In this document: positions 17,933 to 27,318 of the stretch, piece after piece
Numbering within the stretch: the first letter of the stretch is position 1
How the letters are laid out: every line of letters begins with the position of its first letter
DNA from: an uncultured Chloroflexia bacterium
GTDB taxonomy: Bacteria; Chloroflexota; Limnocylindria; QHBO01
Length of the DNA stretch: 64,000 nt
Direction: 5' to 3'
Assembly: GCA_963777045.1 (NCBI GenBank)
Contig: CAVZPD010000009.1
Location: 139,583-203,582, forward strand
Made by a program: the position numbers and the translations under genes
Notes under the pieces: model-generated
What the model saw: the letters and a program-made list of their open reading frames with translations, nothing else
What the model was told of the DNA's origin: nothing
The model's database searches: none

Positions 17933-18398
17933 CCGGCCACTCGCCGGGGGGCACGATGCGGTGCAGCGTGGCGTTGAGCGCTTCCAGCTCCTGGGGCGGG
18001 ATGCGATCGAGGAAGTGCTCGGCGATCCCGCGAAGGTGCGTCGGCGAGGCCGACCGAAGGCGCTCGTAGCCGGCGTCGCGCAGCTGCGCCCACTGGCCGC
18101 GGCGGTCGGTCGCGCAGCTGATGCGCTCGACCATGCCCTGCGCCTCGAGGCGATCGATGAGCCGCGTGGCGCCCGATCGCGACAGGACCAGCGATTCCGC
18201 GAGATCGCTCATGCGCTGCCGGCGCTCGGGCGAGTAGGCGAGCAGCAGCAGGACCTCGTACTCGCCCATGCTCATCTCCTGCTCCGCCTGCAGCTCTCGC
18301 TCGAGCTGTCGACGAATCTGGGCGTGGGCGTACAGGAAGGTTCGCCACGCGTCCAGGCGCGGGTCGCGCGGGCCGGGGGGCGAGGCGTTCGAGCTCAT
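17889..18398 (-). CDS. MarR-family transcriptional regulator
   Basis: 169 aa with MSMGEYEVLLLLAYSPERRQRMSDLAESLVLSRSGATRLIDRLEAQGMVERISCATDRRGQWAQL, a typical MarR wHTH. Confidence 0.75.
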   Translation of the reverse strand: MSSNASPPGPRDPRLDAWRTFLYAHAQIRRQLERELQAEQEMSMGEYEVLLLLAYSPERRQRMSDLAESLVLSRSGATRLIDRLEAQGMVERISCATDRRGQWAQLRDAGYERLRSASPTHLRGIAEHFLDRIPPQELEALNATLHRIVPPGEWPATFRPPAPTPARAG

Positions 18399-18454
18399 CG
18401 GCTCAATGGTGGCAGAAAGGTCATTGACAGCGCAACCATGCTGGCGGCTGCCGC

Positions 18455-19513
18455 CTAGGTTCGGGGGACCTCGATCCAGAACGTCGAGCCCACCCCCTCG
18501 GTGCTCTCCAGACCCGCCGACCCTTCGTGGGCCTCGGCGATGTGCCGCACGATGGCCAGCCCGAGGCCGGCGCTGCGGCCGCCGGTCTCCTCGGCCACGT
18601 CTCGCGTCCGCGATCGGTCGACCTTGTAGAAGCGTTCGAAGATGCGCGCCTGGTGCGCCTGCGGGATGCCGATGCCGTCATCGGCCACCCAGAAGCGGAT
18701 CGTCCGCGCGCCAGGCTTCCAGCCGAGCCGCACCTCACCGCCCGGCTTGCTGTACTTCACGGCGTTGTGCGCGAGGTTGAGCAGCGCCTGCCCCAGGCGG
18801 TCAGGATCGGCCATCGCACGCGCCTCGCCCTTGGACTCCGGGGCCACCACTCGCAGGCGCAGGCCGCGCCGCTCGGCGACCGGCCGGATCCGCTCGGCCA
18901 GGTCGTGGACGAGGTTCTCGGGTTCGAGCGATTCGATCTGCAGCCGGGTCTCGCCCGATTCGATCGTCGACAGGTCCAGCAACTCGTCCACCAGCTGGGT
19001 GAGGTGATCCACCTCGCGCTCGATCTGGACCGAGAAGTCGTGAGCGGTCCCGGGATCGTCCACGGCCCCGCCCGAGAGCGTCTCGGCCAGGAGCTTGATC
19101 GAGGCGAGCGGCGTCCGCAGCTCGTGGCTGACGTTGGCAACGAAGTCACGGCGCACGCGCTCCGCGCGCCGCTGGCGCGTGATCTCGTGCAGCGCGATGA
19201 CCAGCCCGTCTGCGGGCAGGGGCACGGCCTCGATGCTGAAGCTGCGGCTGCCGAGGTGGCCCATCTCCGACTCGCCCTGGGCCGGCGCTGCGCTCGAGAG
19301 CGCCTGTCGCGCCACCGCGTCGAGCGCGACGGAGCCGAAGGCGGCAATCAGGCTCATTCCGGTGAGCTCGCCAACGGTGCGGTCCGCCAGCGCAGCCGCG
19401 TGGCGGCCGGCCCGCACGATCCGCAGCCGGCCGTCGACCAGCAGGAGCAGGCTCGAGCCCGCCTGCTCCATGAGCGCCTCGAGCGCCGCCCCGTTCGTCC
19501 CACCGCCCCTCAT
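18455..19513 (-). CDS. phoR: sensor histidine kinase, PhoR-like (cytoplasmic, PAS-HisKA-HATPase)
   Basis: H-box FVANVSHELRTPLASIKLLAETL, N-box LLNLAHNAVKYS, G1/G2 VADDGIGIP...GLGLAIVRHIAEAHEG. No TM segment. Overlaps the response regulator gene by 4 nt. Confidence 0.75.
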   Translation of the reverse strand: MRGGGTNGAALEALMEQAGSSLLLLVDGRLRIVRAGRHAAALADRTVGELTGMSLIAAFGSVALDAVARQALSSAAPAQGESEMGHLGSRSFSIEAVPLPADGLVIALHEITRQRRAERVRRDFVANVSHELRTPLASIKLLAETLSGGAVDDPGTAHDFSVQIEREVDHLTQLVDELLDLSTIESGETRLQIESLEPENLVHDLAERIRPVAERRGLRLRVVAPESKGEARAMADPDRLGQALLNLAHNAVKYSKPGGEVRLGWKPGARTIRFWVADDGIGIPQAHQARIFERFYKVDRSRTRDVAEETGGRSAGLGLAIVRHIAEAHEGSAGLESTEGVGSTFWIEVPRT

Positions 19514-20226
19514 GCGGGTGCCGGCCGCTCCGGACGCGGGGCGAAGGCGTAGCCGATGCCGCGCACCGTTCGGAAGTAGTTGTGGCCATCATGCGCGCGG
19601 AGCTTCGTGCGCAGCCACGAGACGTGGACGTCCACCGTTCGCGTGTCACCCTCGTAGTCGACCCCCCACAGGCGCGCCAGCAGCTGGTCGCGCGTGAAGA
19701 TGCGGCCGGGGTTGCCGGCGAGATGGGCGAGGAGATCGAACTCGCGGGTCGTCAGGGTCAGGCGCGCCTCGCCGAAGGTCGCCTCGCGACGGGACGTGTC
19801 GATCTGCAGCTCTCCGGACTGGATCAGGGTCGCACCCGGCTCCTCGCTCGCCGCGCCCTGCCGGCGGCGGCGCAGGACCGCCTCGATTCTTGCCAGCAGC
19901 TCGGGTCGCGAGAAGGGCTTGGCAACGTAGTCATCGGCTCCGACCTTGAGCCCGACCACCCGGTCGATCTCGTCGCCCTTGGCCGAGAGCACGATCACCG
20001 GGGTGTTGACGCCTTCCGAACGGACGACGCGCAGCACCTCCAACCCGCTCATGCCCGGCAGCATGATGTCGAGCAGCACGAGGTCCAGCCCGGTGTCGCG
20101 GGCCGCCTCCAGCGCCTGCTCGCCATCGACCGCGACCCGCACCTCGTACCCCTCGCGCATCAGGTTGAAAGTGAGCGCCTGCCGCAGGGTCCGATCGTCC
20201 TCGACCAGCAGAATGCGGCGTTTCAT
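19510..20226 (-). CDS. phoP: OmpR-family response regulator, PhoB/PhoP-like
   Basis: Receiver (LLVEDD...DLVLLDIMLPGMSG...KGDEID) plus winged-helix output (REFDLLAHLAGNPGRIFTRDQLL...VDVHVSWLRTKL). Directly downstream of phoU. Confidence 0.8.
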   Translation of the reverse strand: MKRRILLVEDDRTLRQALTFNLMREGYEVRVAVDGEQALEAARDTGLDLVLLDIMLPGMSGLEVLRVVRSEGVNTPVIVLSAKGDEIDRVVGLKVGADDYVAKPFSRPELLARIEAVLRRRRQGAASEEPGATLIQSGELQIDTSRREATFGEARLTLTTREFDLLAHLAGNPGRIFTRDQLLARLWGVDYEGDTRTVDVHVSWLRTKLRAHDGHNYFRTVRGIGYAFAPRPERPAPA

Positions 20227-20231
20227 CGCCG

Positions 20232-20921
20232 TCAGGGATTGAGGTCTTCGATGCGACCGGTGACCAGGAAGACCACGTCCTCGCCGATGTTCGTGACGCG
20301 ATCGCCCAGGCGCTCGAGGTGGTGGGCGGCGAAGAGCATGTGCGTCGCCTGGCGTGCCCGGTCGGGAGAGACCTGCATCAGGTTGATGGCGTCCTCGTAG
20401 ACGCTGTTGTAGAGGTGGTCGATCTCGTCGTCACCGCGGCAGACGGTGCGCGCCTGCTCCTCGCTGACGTCCACCAGCGCCCGCATGGCGGCGCGCAGCT
20501 GCTGGCGGCAGAGCTCCTCCATGCGGGGGATCTGGCGGAAGATCGGCAGCTCCGGCTCGGTCGCCAGCTGCTGGGCGAGCTTCGCGATGTTGGTGGCGTA
20601 GTCGCCCATGCGCTCGAGCTCGGCCGCCGCATGGTAGAGGGAGAGCAGCTCACGGATATCGCGCGCCATCGGCGCCTGCCGGGCGATGACGCTGGTGATG
20701 TGCATGTTCACCTGCGCCTGCAGCTCGTTGACATCCGAGTCTCCCCAGCGCACCTGGTCGGCCAGGTCGACGTCGCGGTTGAGCAGCGCCTGGCCGGCAC
20801 GCTGGAGCTGCCCCTCGACCAGGGCGCCCAGGCGCAGGACGTCGTCCTTGGCCGCCTGCAGCTCCTCCTCGAACGAGCGCCGAATCGAAGTGTGCTGCTC
20901 GCCGCCGCGGTTGGTGTCCAT
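20232..20921 (-). CDS. phoU: phosphate signalling complex protein PhoU
   Basis: 229 aa with duplicated PhoU repeats (...ADQVRWGDSDVNELQ..., ...CRGDDEIDHLYNSV...ERLGDRVTNI). Confidence 0.9.
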   Translation of the reverse strand: MDTNRGGEQHTSIRRSFEEELQAAKDDVLRLGALVEGQLQRAGQALLNRDVDLADQVRWGDSDVNELQAQVNMHITSVIARQAPMARDIRELLSLYHAAAELERMGDYATNIAKLAQQLATEPELPIFRQIPRMEELCRQQLRAAMRALVDVSEEQARTVCRGDDEIDHLYNSVYEDAINLMQVSPDRARQATHMLFAAHHLERLGDRVTNIGEDVVFLVTGRIEDLNP

Positions 20922-20938
20922 CGCCACCTCCTGCTCCC

Positions 20939-21856
20939 TCAGCCGAACCGACCGGTGATGTAATCCTCGGTGAGGCGGCTCTCGGGGCGGGTGAAGAGCC
21001 GCTCGGTGGGTGCCATCTCGACGAGGTAGCCGGCGCGATCCTCGCCCATCGTCAGGAAGGCCGTCACGTCGCTCGCCCGGGCCGCCTGCTGCATGTTGTG
21101 CGTGACGATGATGATCGTGTAGTTCTCCTTGAGCTCGAACATCAGCTCCTCGATGCGCAGCGTGGCGATCGGGTCGAGGGCGCTGCACGGCTCGTCCATC
21201 AGGATCACATCGGGCTCGACTGCGATCGCACGCGCGATGCAGAGGCGCTGCTGCTGCCCGCCGGAGAGCGAGAGGCCGTTGCTGCGGAGCTTGTCCTTCA
21301 CCTCGTCCCACAGCGCCGCGCGGCGCAGCGACGCCTCCACCAGCTCGTCCATCTTGCCCTTGAAGCCGTTGAGGCGCGGTCCGAAAGCCACGTTGTCATA
21401 GATGCTCTTCGGGAAGGGGTTCGGCCTCTGGAATACCATGCCGATGCGGCGTCGCACCTCGACCGCGTCCACCTCGGGGTCGTAGATGTCCTCGCCGTTG
21501 TAGCGGACCTGCCCCAGCACGCTGGCGCCCGGGACCAGGTCGTTCATGCGGTTGAGGCTGCGCAGCACGGTCGACTTTCCACAGCCGGATGGGCCGATGA
21601 GCGCCGTGATGCGGTTGCGCGGAACGTCCAGGCTGATGTCGCGGACGGCGGTGAAGTCGCCGTAGCGGACGCCGACCTCCTCGAGCTCGAAGACGAAGTC
21701 GTCGGTCTCGGGGACCGGCACGACGGTGCCCGACTCCGAGTCAGCCGGCTGGGTCATGATCTCGCGCTGCACGTTGTCGGACGCTTCCTCGGCTCGTGGC
21801 TTGGGGTCGATGGTAATGCGGTTCATCCTGAGTTGTCGTCCCTCGTCCTCTTGCAT
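20939..21856 (-). CDS. pstB: phosphate ABC transporter ATP-binding protein PstB
   Basis: [36 protein letters not shown] and the PstB-specific C-terminus (...[21 protein letters not shown]). Alternative start ATG 21826. Confidence 0.9.
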   Translation of the reverse strand: MQEDEGRQLRMNRITIDPKPRAEEASDNVQREIMTQPADSESGTVVPVPETDDFVFELEEVGVRYGDFTAVRDISLDVPRNRITALIGPSGCGKSTVLRSLNRMNDLVPGASVLGQVRYNGEDIYDPEVDAVEVRRRIGMVFQRPNPFPKSIYDNVAFGPRLNGFKGKMDELVEASLRRAALWDEVKDKLRSNGLSLSGGQQQRLCIARAIAVEPDVILMDEPCSALDPIATLRIEELMFELKENYTIIIVTHNMQQAARASDVTAFLTMGEDRAGYLVEMAPTERLFTRPESRLTEDYITGRFG

Positions 21857-21864
21857 GGTCCGGC

Positions 21865-22758
21865 TCAGCGGCCGAATCGGCTTCTCGCGCCGATGGTGCG
21901 GGCGATGATGGTCAGGAGCAGCACCAGGGCCATCAGCTCCAGTGCGCCGGCCCATGCGCGCTGCTGGCCGGCCTCGAACGCGCCGCGCGCCTCGCGGAAG
22001 ATGAGGAGCGGCAGCGCCGTCTGCCCGTTGCCCTGGAAGTCGAGCACCACCGACTGGGCGGCGAGCGCGGTCAGCACCAGCGGGGCCGTCTCGCCGAGCG
22101 CGCGGGCAACGGCCAGCATGGCGCCGGTGATGAGGCCGGATGCCGCGGTCGGCAGGGTGACGCCGAAGACGGTCTGCCAGTGGCGGGCCCCCAGCGCATA
22201 GCTGGCGCGCTTCAGCTCGCCGGGGACCAGCTTCAGGATCTCCTCCGACGAGCGCACCACGATCGGCAGCATGATGATCGCGAGCGAGATGGCGCCCACG
22301 AAGGTGCCGAAGCCGATCTGACGCACCAGGATGGTGTACACGAACAGGCCCACGAAGACGCTCGGCACGCCCGTCATGACGTCGGAGAAGAACCTGACCG
22401 GGCCGGCCAGCCAGTGCCGCGGGAACTCCGTCAGGAAGAGCGCCGCCGCGATGCCGATCGGGATCGCCATCAGCGCTGCCAGGCCCCCCATGTAGAGCGA
22501 GCCGACCAGGCCGTGGAGGTAGCCGCCGCCCGCCTCGCGACGCGAGAAGTTGAAGGTGCTGGTGAGGAACTCCCAGTTCATGGCCGGCAAGCCGTTGACG
22601 ACGACGACGGCGATGATCAGGACCAGGGGGATGAGGGCAAGGAGCATGGCTGCGCTGAGCACCGCGGCCATGACGCGGTTGAAGGCCTTGCGCCGCCGGA
22701 TGTTCCCGCCGCCGCTCTTGAGGGGCATCCGCTGCGACGGCCCGCTGATGGCGGTCAT
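21865..22758 (-). CDS. pstA: phosphate ABC transporter permease PstA
   Basis: Six-TM permease with the EAA-type loop ([19 protein letters not shown]). Overlaps the pstC stop. Confidence 0.9.
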   Translation of the reverse strand: MTAISGPSQRMPLKSGGGNIRRRKAFNRVMAAVLSAAMLLALIPLVLIIAVVVVNGLPAMNWEFLTSTFNFSRREAGGGYLHGLVGSLYMGGLAALMAIPIGIAAALFLTEFPRHWLAGPVRFFSDVMTGVPSVFVGLFVYTILVRQIGFGTFVGAISLAIIMLPIVVRSSEEILKLVPGELKRASYALGARHWQTVFGVTLPTAASGLITGAMLAVARALGETAPLVLTALAAQSVVLDFQGNGQTALPLLIFREARGAFEAGQQRAWAGALELMALVLLLTIIARTIGARSRFGR

Positions 22759-23738
22759 GCCGTCGCCTCCCCGGTCACGTCACCGAGGCGCCGCACGACC
22801 AGGCGTGCCCCGATGTTGATGACGATGGTCATGGCGAAGAGCGTCACGCCAAGCGCGATGAGGGCGTCGATGCCCTCGGGGCTGGCCTCCTGGAAGGTGT
22901 TCACGATCTTGGCGGCGATCGACTCACCCTGCTGGAAGACGCTGAGGTTGATGGTGGTGCCGCCACCGATGAGCAGGGCGACGGCGATCGTCTCGCCCAA
23001 CGCCCGTCCGAGACCGAGCATGGTGGCGCCGATGATCCCCGGCCGGCTGCGTGGCACGACCACCGAACGCATCACCTCCCAGCGCGTGGCACCCATGGCG
23101 TAGGCGGCGAACCGCTCCGAGTCGGGTACGGCGGAGAAGACCTCGCGGACGATGGCGGTGATGATCGGCACGATCATGATGGCGAGGACGATGCCGGCGA
23201 AGAAGAAGTTGAAGCTGATCACCGGACCGGTGAAGAGTGGAATCCAGCCGACCGACTCGCTGATCGCCTCCGCCGGTGGCCGGAGGATCACCGGTGCGAA
23301 GAAGTGGAGGCCCCACAGGCCGTAGATCACGCTCGGCACCGCGGCCAGCATCTCCACCAGGTAGGTCAGCGGGCGCGCAACAGGCCCCGGAGCGAGGTTG
23401 GTCAGGAAGAGGGCGATGCCCACCGAGATGGGGAGGGCGACAAGGATCGCGATCAGGCTGGTCACGATCGTCCCGTAGAGGAAGACGCCGGCCTGGTAGG
23501 TGCCGGTGATCTCGGTGCGGCTGAAGCCCGGATCCCAGGTCGTGCCGGTCAGGAACTGCCACGGGCCCTGCGAGATGAAGACCGGCAGCGCGTCGAGCGT
23601 GGTCGAGCCGATCATCAGCGCCAGCACGATCAGCACCAGTGCGCTGGCGGCGATGAGGGCCCAGCGGAAGACGGGATCGCTGAGGGCGCGGCCCTGCCGC
23701 CTGCGGAGGCGCTCGGTGCTTGCCGGGATCGCGCTCAT
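22755..23738 (-). CDS. pstC: phosphate ABC transporter permease PstC
   Basis: Polytopic permease (...[27 protein letters not shown]...) directly downstream of pstS. Confidence 0.9.
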   Translation of the reverse strand: MSAIPASTERLRRRQGRALSDPVFRWALIAASALVLIVLALMIGSTTLDALPVFISQGPWQFLTGTTWDPGFSRTEITGTYQAGVFLYGTIVTSLIAILVALPISVGIALFLTNLAPGPVARPLTYLVEMLAAVPSVIYGLWGLHFFAPVILRPPAEAISESVGWIPLFTGPVISFNFFFAGIVLAIMIVPIITAIVREVFSAVPDSERFAAYAMGATRWEVMRSVVVPRSRPGIIGATMLGLGRALGETIAVALLIGGGTTINLSVFQQGESIAAKIVNTFQEASPEGIDALIALGVTLFAMTIVINIGARLVVRRLGDVTGEATA

Positions 23739-23773
23739 CGTTGCGATTGCATCCTAGACGGCGTTCGGAAGGA

Positions 23774-24862
23774 TCATCCGCCCTCGTTGATGCGCGCCAC
23801 GTTGGCCAGCGACTGCTCCTGCAAGGAGGCACCGATCGGGGCGTAGTTGAGCTCCTGGGCAACGCTGTCGCCGTTCTCCAGCGCCCAGGTGAGGAACGCC
23901 TTGAGGGCATCGCCCTTGTTCGCGTCGAGGCCGCAGGTCGGCGCCAGGATCCAGGTCGCACCGGCGATCGGGTAGCCCTCGCCGCCCACGCCCAGGATGT
24001 TGAAGCGGAGGTCGTCGGGGATCTCGATCCCGTCCGCGGCCGCCGCCGTCGACTCCAGCGACGGCTCGATGGCGTTGCCGTCGGCGTTGACCATCGCTAC
24101 CGTCGAGAGGCCGTTCTCCAGCGCGTAGCTGAGCTCCACGTAGCCGATGCCGCCGTCGTTCTGGGCAATGGCGGCAGCGACGCCGTCGTTGCCCTGGCCG
24201 CCCACGCCAACCGGCCAGGTGACCTCCTTGCCCTTGCCGACCTGCGAGCTCCAGTCGCTGCTCTCGTCGTCGAGGTAGGTGGTGAAGATGCTGGTGGTTC
24301 CGGAGCCGTCGCTGCGGTGCGCGACGATGATCGGCTCGTCCGGGAGCGACGTCCCGTCGTTCAGGCCTGCAATGGCCGGGTCGTTCCACCGTGTGATCTC
24401 GCCCAGGAAGATCTGCGCCAGCGTCTCGGAATCGAGCGTCAGGCTCTCGACACCGGACAGGTTGTAGGCGACGGCCACGGCGCCGAACACGGTCGGGATG
24501 TGGACGACGTCGCAGCCCCAGGCATCCTCGGCGGCGGCGAGCTCCTCGTCCTTCATGAAGGCATCCGAGCCGCCGAAGTCGGTCGACTGGGCCGTGAACT
24601 GCTCCACGCCGCCACCCGAGCCGATCGGCTCGTAGGTGATGCTCACGTCGGGGTTGTCGCCGATGAAGGCGCCGATCCACTCCTGGTAGACCGGATCGGG
24701 GAAGGTGGCCCCGGCGCCGAGCATGTCGGCGCTCAGGCCGGATCCGCTGCTCGCCGAGCTGCCTCCGCCGGGCGATCCGTCGGCGCCCGAGCTGCAGGCT
24801 GCCATCATGACGGTGCCGGCGAGGGCCAGCGGCAGGATTCGCAGCCAGTGCTGCTTGATCAA
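23774..24862 (-). CDS. pstS: phosphate-binding lipoprotein PstS
   Basis: Lipobox LALAGTVMMAACSS, Ser/Gly linker, then a PBP fold with GAGATFP...SDGSGTT...YVELSYA motifs. Confidence 0.9.
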   Translation of the reverse strand: MIKQHWLRILPLALAGTVMMAACSSGADGSPGGGSSASSGSGLSADMLGAGATFPDPVYQEWIGAFIGDNPDVSITYEPIGSGGGVEQFTAQSTDFGGSDAFMKDEELAAAEDAWGCDVVHIPTVFGAVAVAYNLSGVESLTLDSETLAQIFLGEITRWNDPAIAGLNDGTSLPDEPIIVAHRSDGSGTTSIFTTYLDDESSDWSSQVGKGKEVTWPVGVGGQGNDGVAAAIAQNDGGIGYVELSYALENGLSTVAMVNADGNAIEPSLESTAAAADGIEIPDDLRFNILGVGGEGYPIAGATWILAPTCGLDANKGDALKAFLTWALENGDSVAQELNYAPIGASLQEQSLANVARINEGG

Positions 24863-24919
24863 GGTAGCTCTCCTTCGAATCGAACTTCACACATTGCAGC
24901 CACAGACTGGAGAGCACCG

Positions 24920-24963
24920 CTTAACGGGCCCTTAGCGGCGCGTTAAGGGGACGTCAAGGGCTG
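24920..24963 (-). promoter_or_regulatory. candidate Pho-box array upstream of pstS (four 11-nt direct repeat units)
   Basis: CTTAACGGGCC / CTTAGCGGCGC / GTTAAGGGGAC / GTCAAGGGCTG are contiguous 11-nt units (consensus sTTAAsGGssn), 60-100 nt upstream of the pstS start codon. The 11-nt periodicity is typical of OmpR/PhoB-family tandem sites. Confidence 0.4.
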
Positions 24964-25051
24964 ACCCGCGCAGGGCTGGCGGCCCTAATGTGTCGGCAAT
25001 GCCCGCCCGTCGATCGTCGTCGAGGTGGGGCCAGGCTGGAAGGAGGATCGG

Positions 25052-25411
25052 ATGACCGTCGTGGTGATCGCACTGGTGGGGCTTGCCGCCGGCGTGCTAT
25101 CGGGGCTGTTCGGCATCGGCGGCGGCGTGATCATCGTGCCGGTGCTGATCGTCTTCCTCGGTTTCACCGCCCAGCAGGCCGCGGGGACCTCGCTCGGCGC
25201 GCTGCTGCTGCCGGTCGGCCTCTTCGGCGCGATTCAGTACTGGCAGGCGGGCCAGGTCAACCTGCTCCACGCCGGCCTGCTCGCGCTGGGCCTCCTCTTC
25301 GGAGCCTTCCTTGGTGCCCGACTGGGCCTCGCGCTGCCATCGGACGTCCTCCAGCGCGCCTTCGGCGTCCTGCTGGTGCTCTTCGGGCTCCGGATGCTGA
25401 TCTGGGTCTAG
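25052..25411 (+). CDS. TauE/SafE-family anion permease, half-size (four TM helices)
   Basis: GLFGIGGGVIIVPVLIVFLGF...G...LLHAGLLALGLLFGAFLGARL matches one repeat unit of TauE/SafE sulfite exporters. Only ~119 aa. Confidence 0.45.
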   Translation: MTVVVIALVGLAAGVLSGLFGIGGGVIIVPVLIVFLGFTAQQAAGTSLGALLLPVGLFGAIQYWQAGQVNLLHAGLLALGLLFGAFLGARLGLALPSDVLQRAFGVLLVLFGLRMLIWV

Positions 25412-25437
25412 ATCGGTCGGCCCTGCCGGCATCGGCC

Positions 25438-26451
25438 TCAGTTGAGAATCGGGTTGAGCACGAAGTAGGCGATCGCCGCGACAGTTCCCGACGCGGGGAT
25501 GGTCAGGACCCAGGCGATGCCAATGTTGCGGGCGACGCCCCAGCGCACGGACTTGAACCGATCAGATGCGCCCGTGCCCATGATCGCGCTCGAGATGACG
25601 TGCGTGGTGCTGACCGGCATGCCGAAGTGCGACGCGCCGAAGATGATCGTGGCGGCGGTGGTCTCCGCCGCGAAGCCGTGGACCGGGTCGAGCTTTACCA
25701 CGCGCGTCCCCATCGTCTTGATGATCCGCCAGCCGCCCGCCGCGGTCCCCAGCGAGATGGCGGTCGCGGCGAGGATGATGACCCACAGCGGGACCTCGAA
25801 CGTGGTCAGCACGCCGGCCTCGACCAGCGCCAGGGTCATGATGCCCATCGTCTTCTGGGCGTCGTTGCTCCCGTGGCTGAATGCCATGTAGCCGGCGGAG
25901 AGGACCTGCAGCCGCCGGAACAGGTCGTTCATGAAGTGCGGGTTGAAGCGCTTGAAGACGTTGAAGATCAGGATCATGAACCCCAGCGCCAGCAGCAGCC
26001 CGGCGATGGGCGAGGTGACGAGGGGGATGAGGACCTTGACGACGATCCCGTCGATCTGCCACGACGTGAAGCCGGCCGCAGCGGCCGCCGAGCCGAGGAG
26101 TCCGCCGATCAGGGCGTGGCTGCTCGACGACGGGATGCCCAGGCGCCAGGTGACCAGGTTCCAGGTGATGCCTCCCACCAGCGCGGCGGCGACCAGCACC
26201 TGTCCCGACACGCCGGCCTCCGCCTGCGACTGGATCAGCCCCGCGCCCACCGTCTTGGCCACGGCCGTCCCGGTCAGCGCCCCGGCGAAGTTGGCCACGG
26301 CGCTCATGCCGATGGCCCAGCCCGGCTTCAGCGCCCGCGTGCTGACGCTGGTGGCGATCGCATTGGCAGTGTCGTGGAAGCCGTTGATGTAGTCGAAGAT
26401 GACCGCGAGGATGAGGACCGCGACCAGGATCGCGGTGAAGCCGTCAGGCAT
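25438..26451 (-). CDS. pit: inorganic phosphate transporter, PiT family
   Basis: INGFHDTANAIATSV and SHGSNDAQKTMGI (duplicated PiT signature GANDVANA-like), ~10 TM helices, 337 aa. Confidence 0.9.
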   Translation of the reverse strand: MPDGFTAILVAVLILAVIFDYINGFHDTANAIATSVSTRALKPGWAIGMSAVANFAGALTGTAVAKTVGAGLIQSQAEAGVSGQVLVAAALVGGITWNLVTWRLGIPSSSSHALIGGLLGSAAAAAGFTSWQIDGIVVKVLIPLVTSPIAGLLLALGFMILIFNVFKRFNPHFMNDLFRRLQVLSAGYMAFSHGSNDAQKTMGIMTLALVEAGVLTTFEVPLWVIILAATAISLGTAAGGWRIIKTMGTRVVKLDPVHGFAAETTAATIIFGASHFGMPVSTTHVISSAIMGTGASDRFKSVRWGVARNIGIAWVLTIPASGTVAAIAYFVLNPILN

Positions 26452-27061
26452 GCTTGACGACGATCCGCTCGATCACGTTCGCGACGTCCTCGCAGGCATC
26501 CACGGCCTCCTCCAGTAGCTGGTAGATGTCCTTCCACTTGATGATCGTCACCGGGTCGTTCCCATGGCGGAAGAGCTCCGCCACCGCCTGCCGTGCGATC
26601 CGGTCACCCTCGTTCTCGAGGCGGTGGATCTCGATCCAGTAGCGATCGAGGCCCTTGAAGCCGCGGAGGCGCGACAGCGCATCGACGATCTGCTCGCACT
26701 GCAGCGTGATGATCTCGGCCTGCTTGACGGCGGTATCGCCGGGCGAGTCGATCGCGTACAGGATGCAGGTGTCGGCGACCTCCTCGATCAGGTCGATGAC
26801 GTCGTCGAGCCGGCTGATGAGGGCATGGATCTCTTCGCGGTCGAACGGGGTCACGAAGGTCGCTTCGAGCTTGTGGCCGATCTCGTGGCTGATCCGGTCA
26901 CCCTCGTGCTCGGCGTTGCGGAGCTGCATGCCAAGTCGCTCGCGCTCGTCGAAGTTCCGGAAGAACTCCTCCAGCAGCCGCGCGCCGGCGAGGACGTTCG
27001 ACGCGTCCTCCACGAACATCTCGTAGAACTTCTCTTCGCGAGGGATCAGGGGCAGGCGCAT
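26444..27061 (-). CDS. DUF47-family (PhoU-like) Pit accessory protein
   Basis: 205 aa from MRLPLIPREEKFYEMF, a helical PhoU-like protein. ATGA overlap with the pit start. The longer track ORF upstream is an extension without support. Confidence 0.75.
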   Translation of the reverse strand: MRLPLIPREEKFYEMFVEDASNVLAGARLLEEFFRNFDERERLGMQLRNAEHEGDRISHEIGHKLEATFVTPFDREEIHALISRLDDVIDLIEEVADTCILYAIDSPGDTAVKQAEIITLQCEQIVDALSRLRGFKGLDRYWIEIHRLENEGDRIARQAVAELFRHGNDPVTIIKWKDIYQLLEEAVDACEDVANVIERIVVKHA

Positions 27062-27318
27062 GTCTGAACAGACTCCAAGGACGAGCGATACGGCCTGATG
27101 GTGCCGGAAGGGGCTCAGCGCCGAGCGTACGCCGCGAAGCAGGAACGTGCAGGGCGATTCCGTAAGTGGTGCAGCGTGGCAACGGGGAGGCGCGATCGGT
27201 TTGCCGATTCGCGGCCGGCGGGTGCAGGATAGGTGACCTACGTCCCATGGGGTTGGCGGACCTGCTGCTGCCACGCCGAGCACCCCCCAAGAAACCGATT
27301 CACGAGGAGGCAAACTCT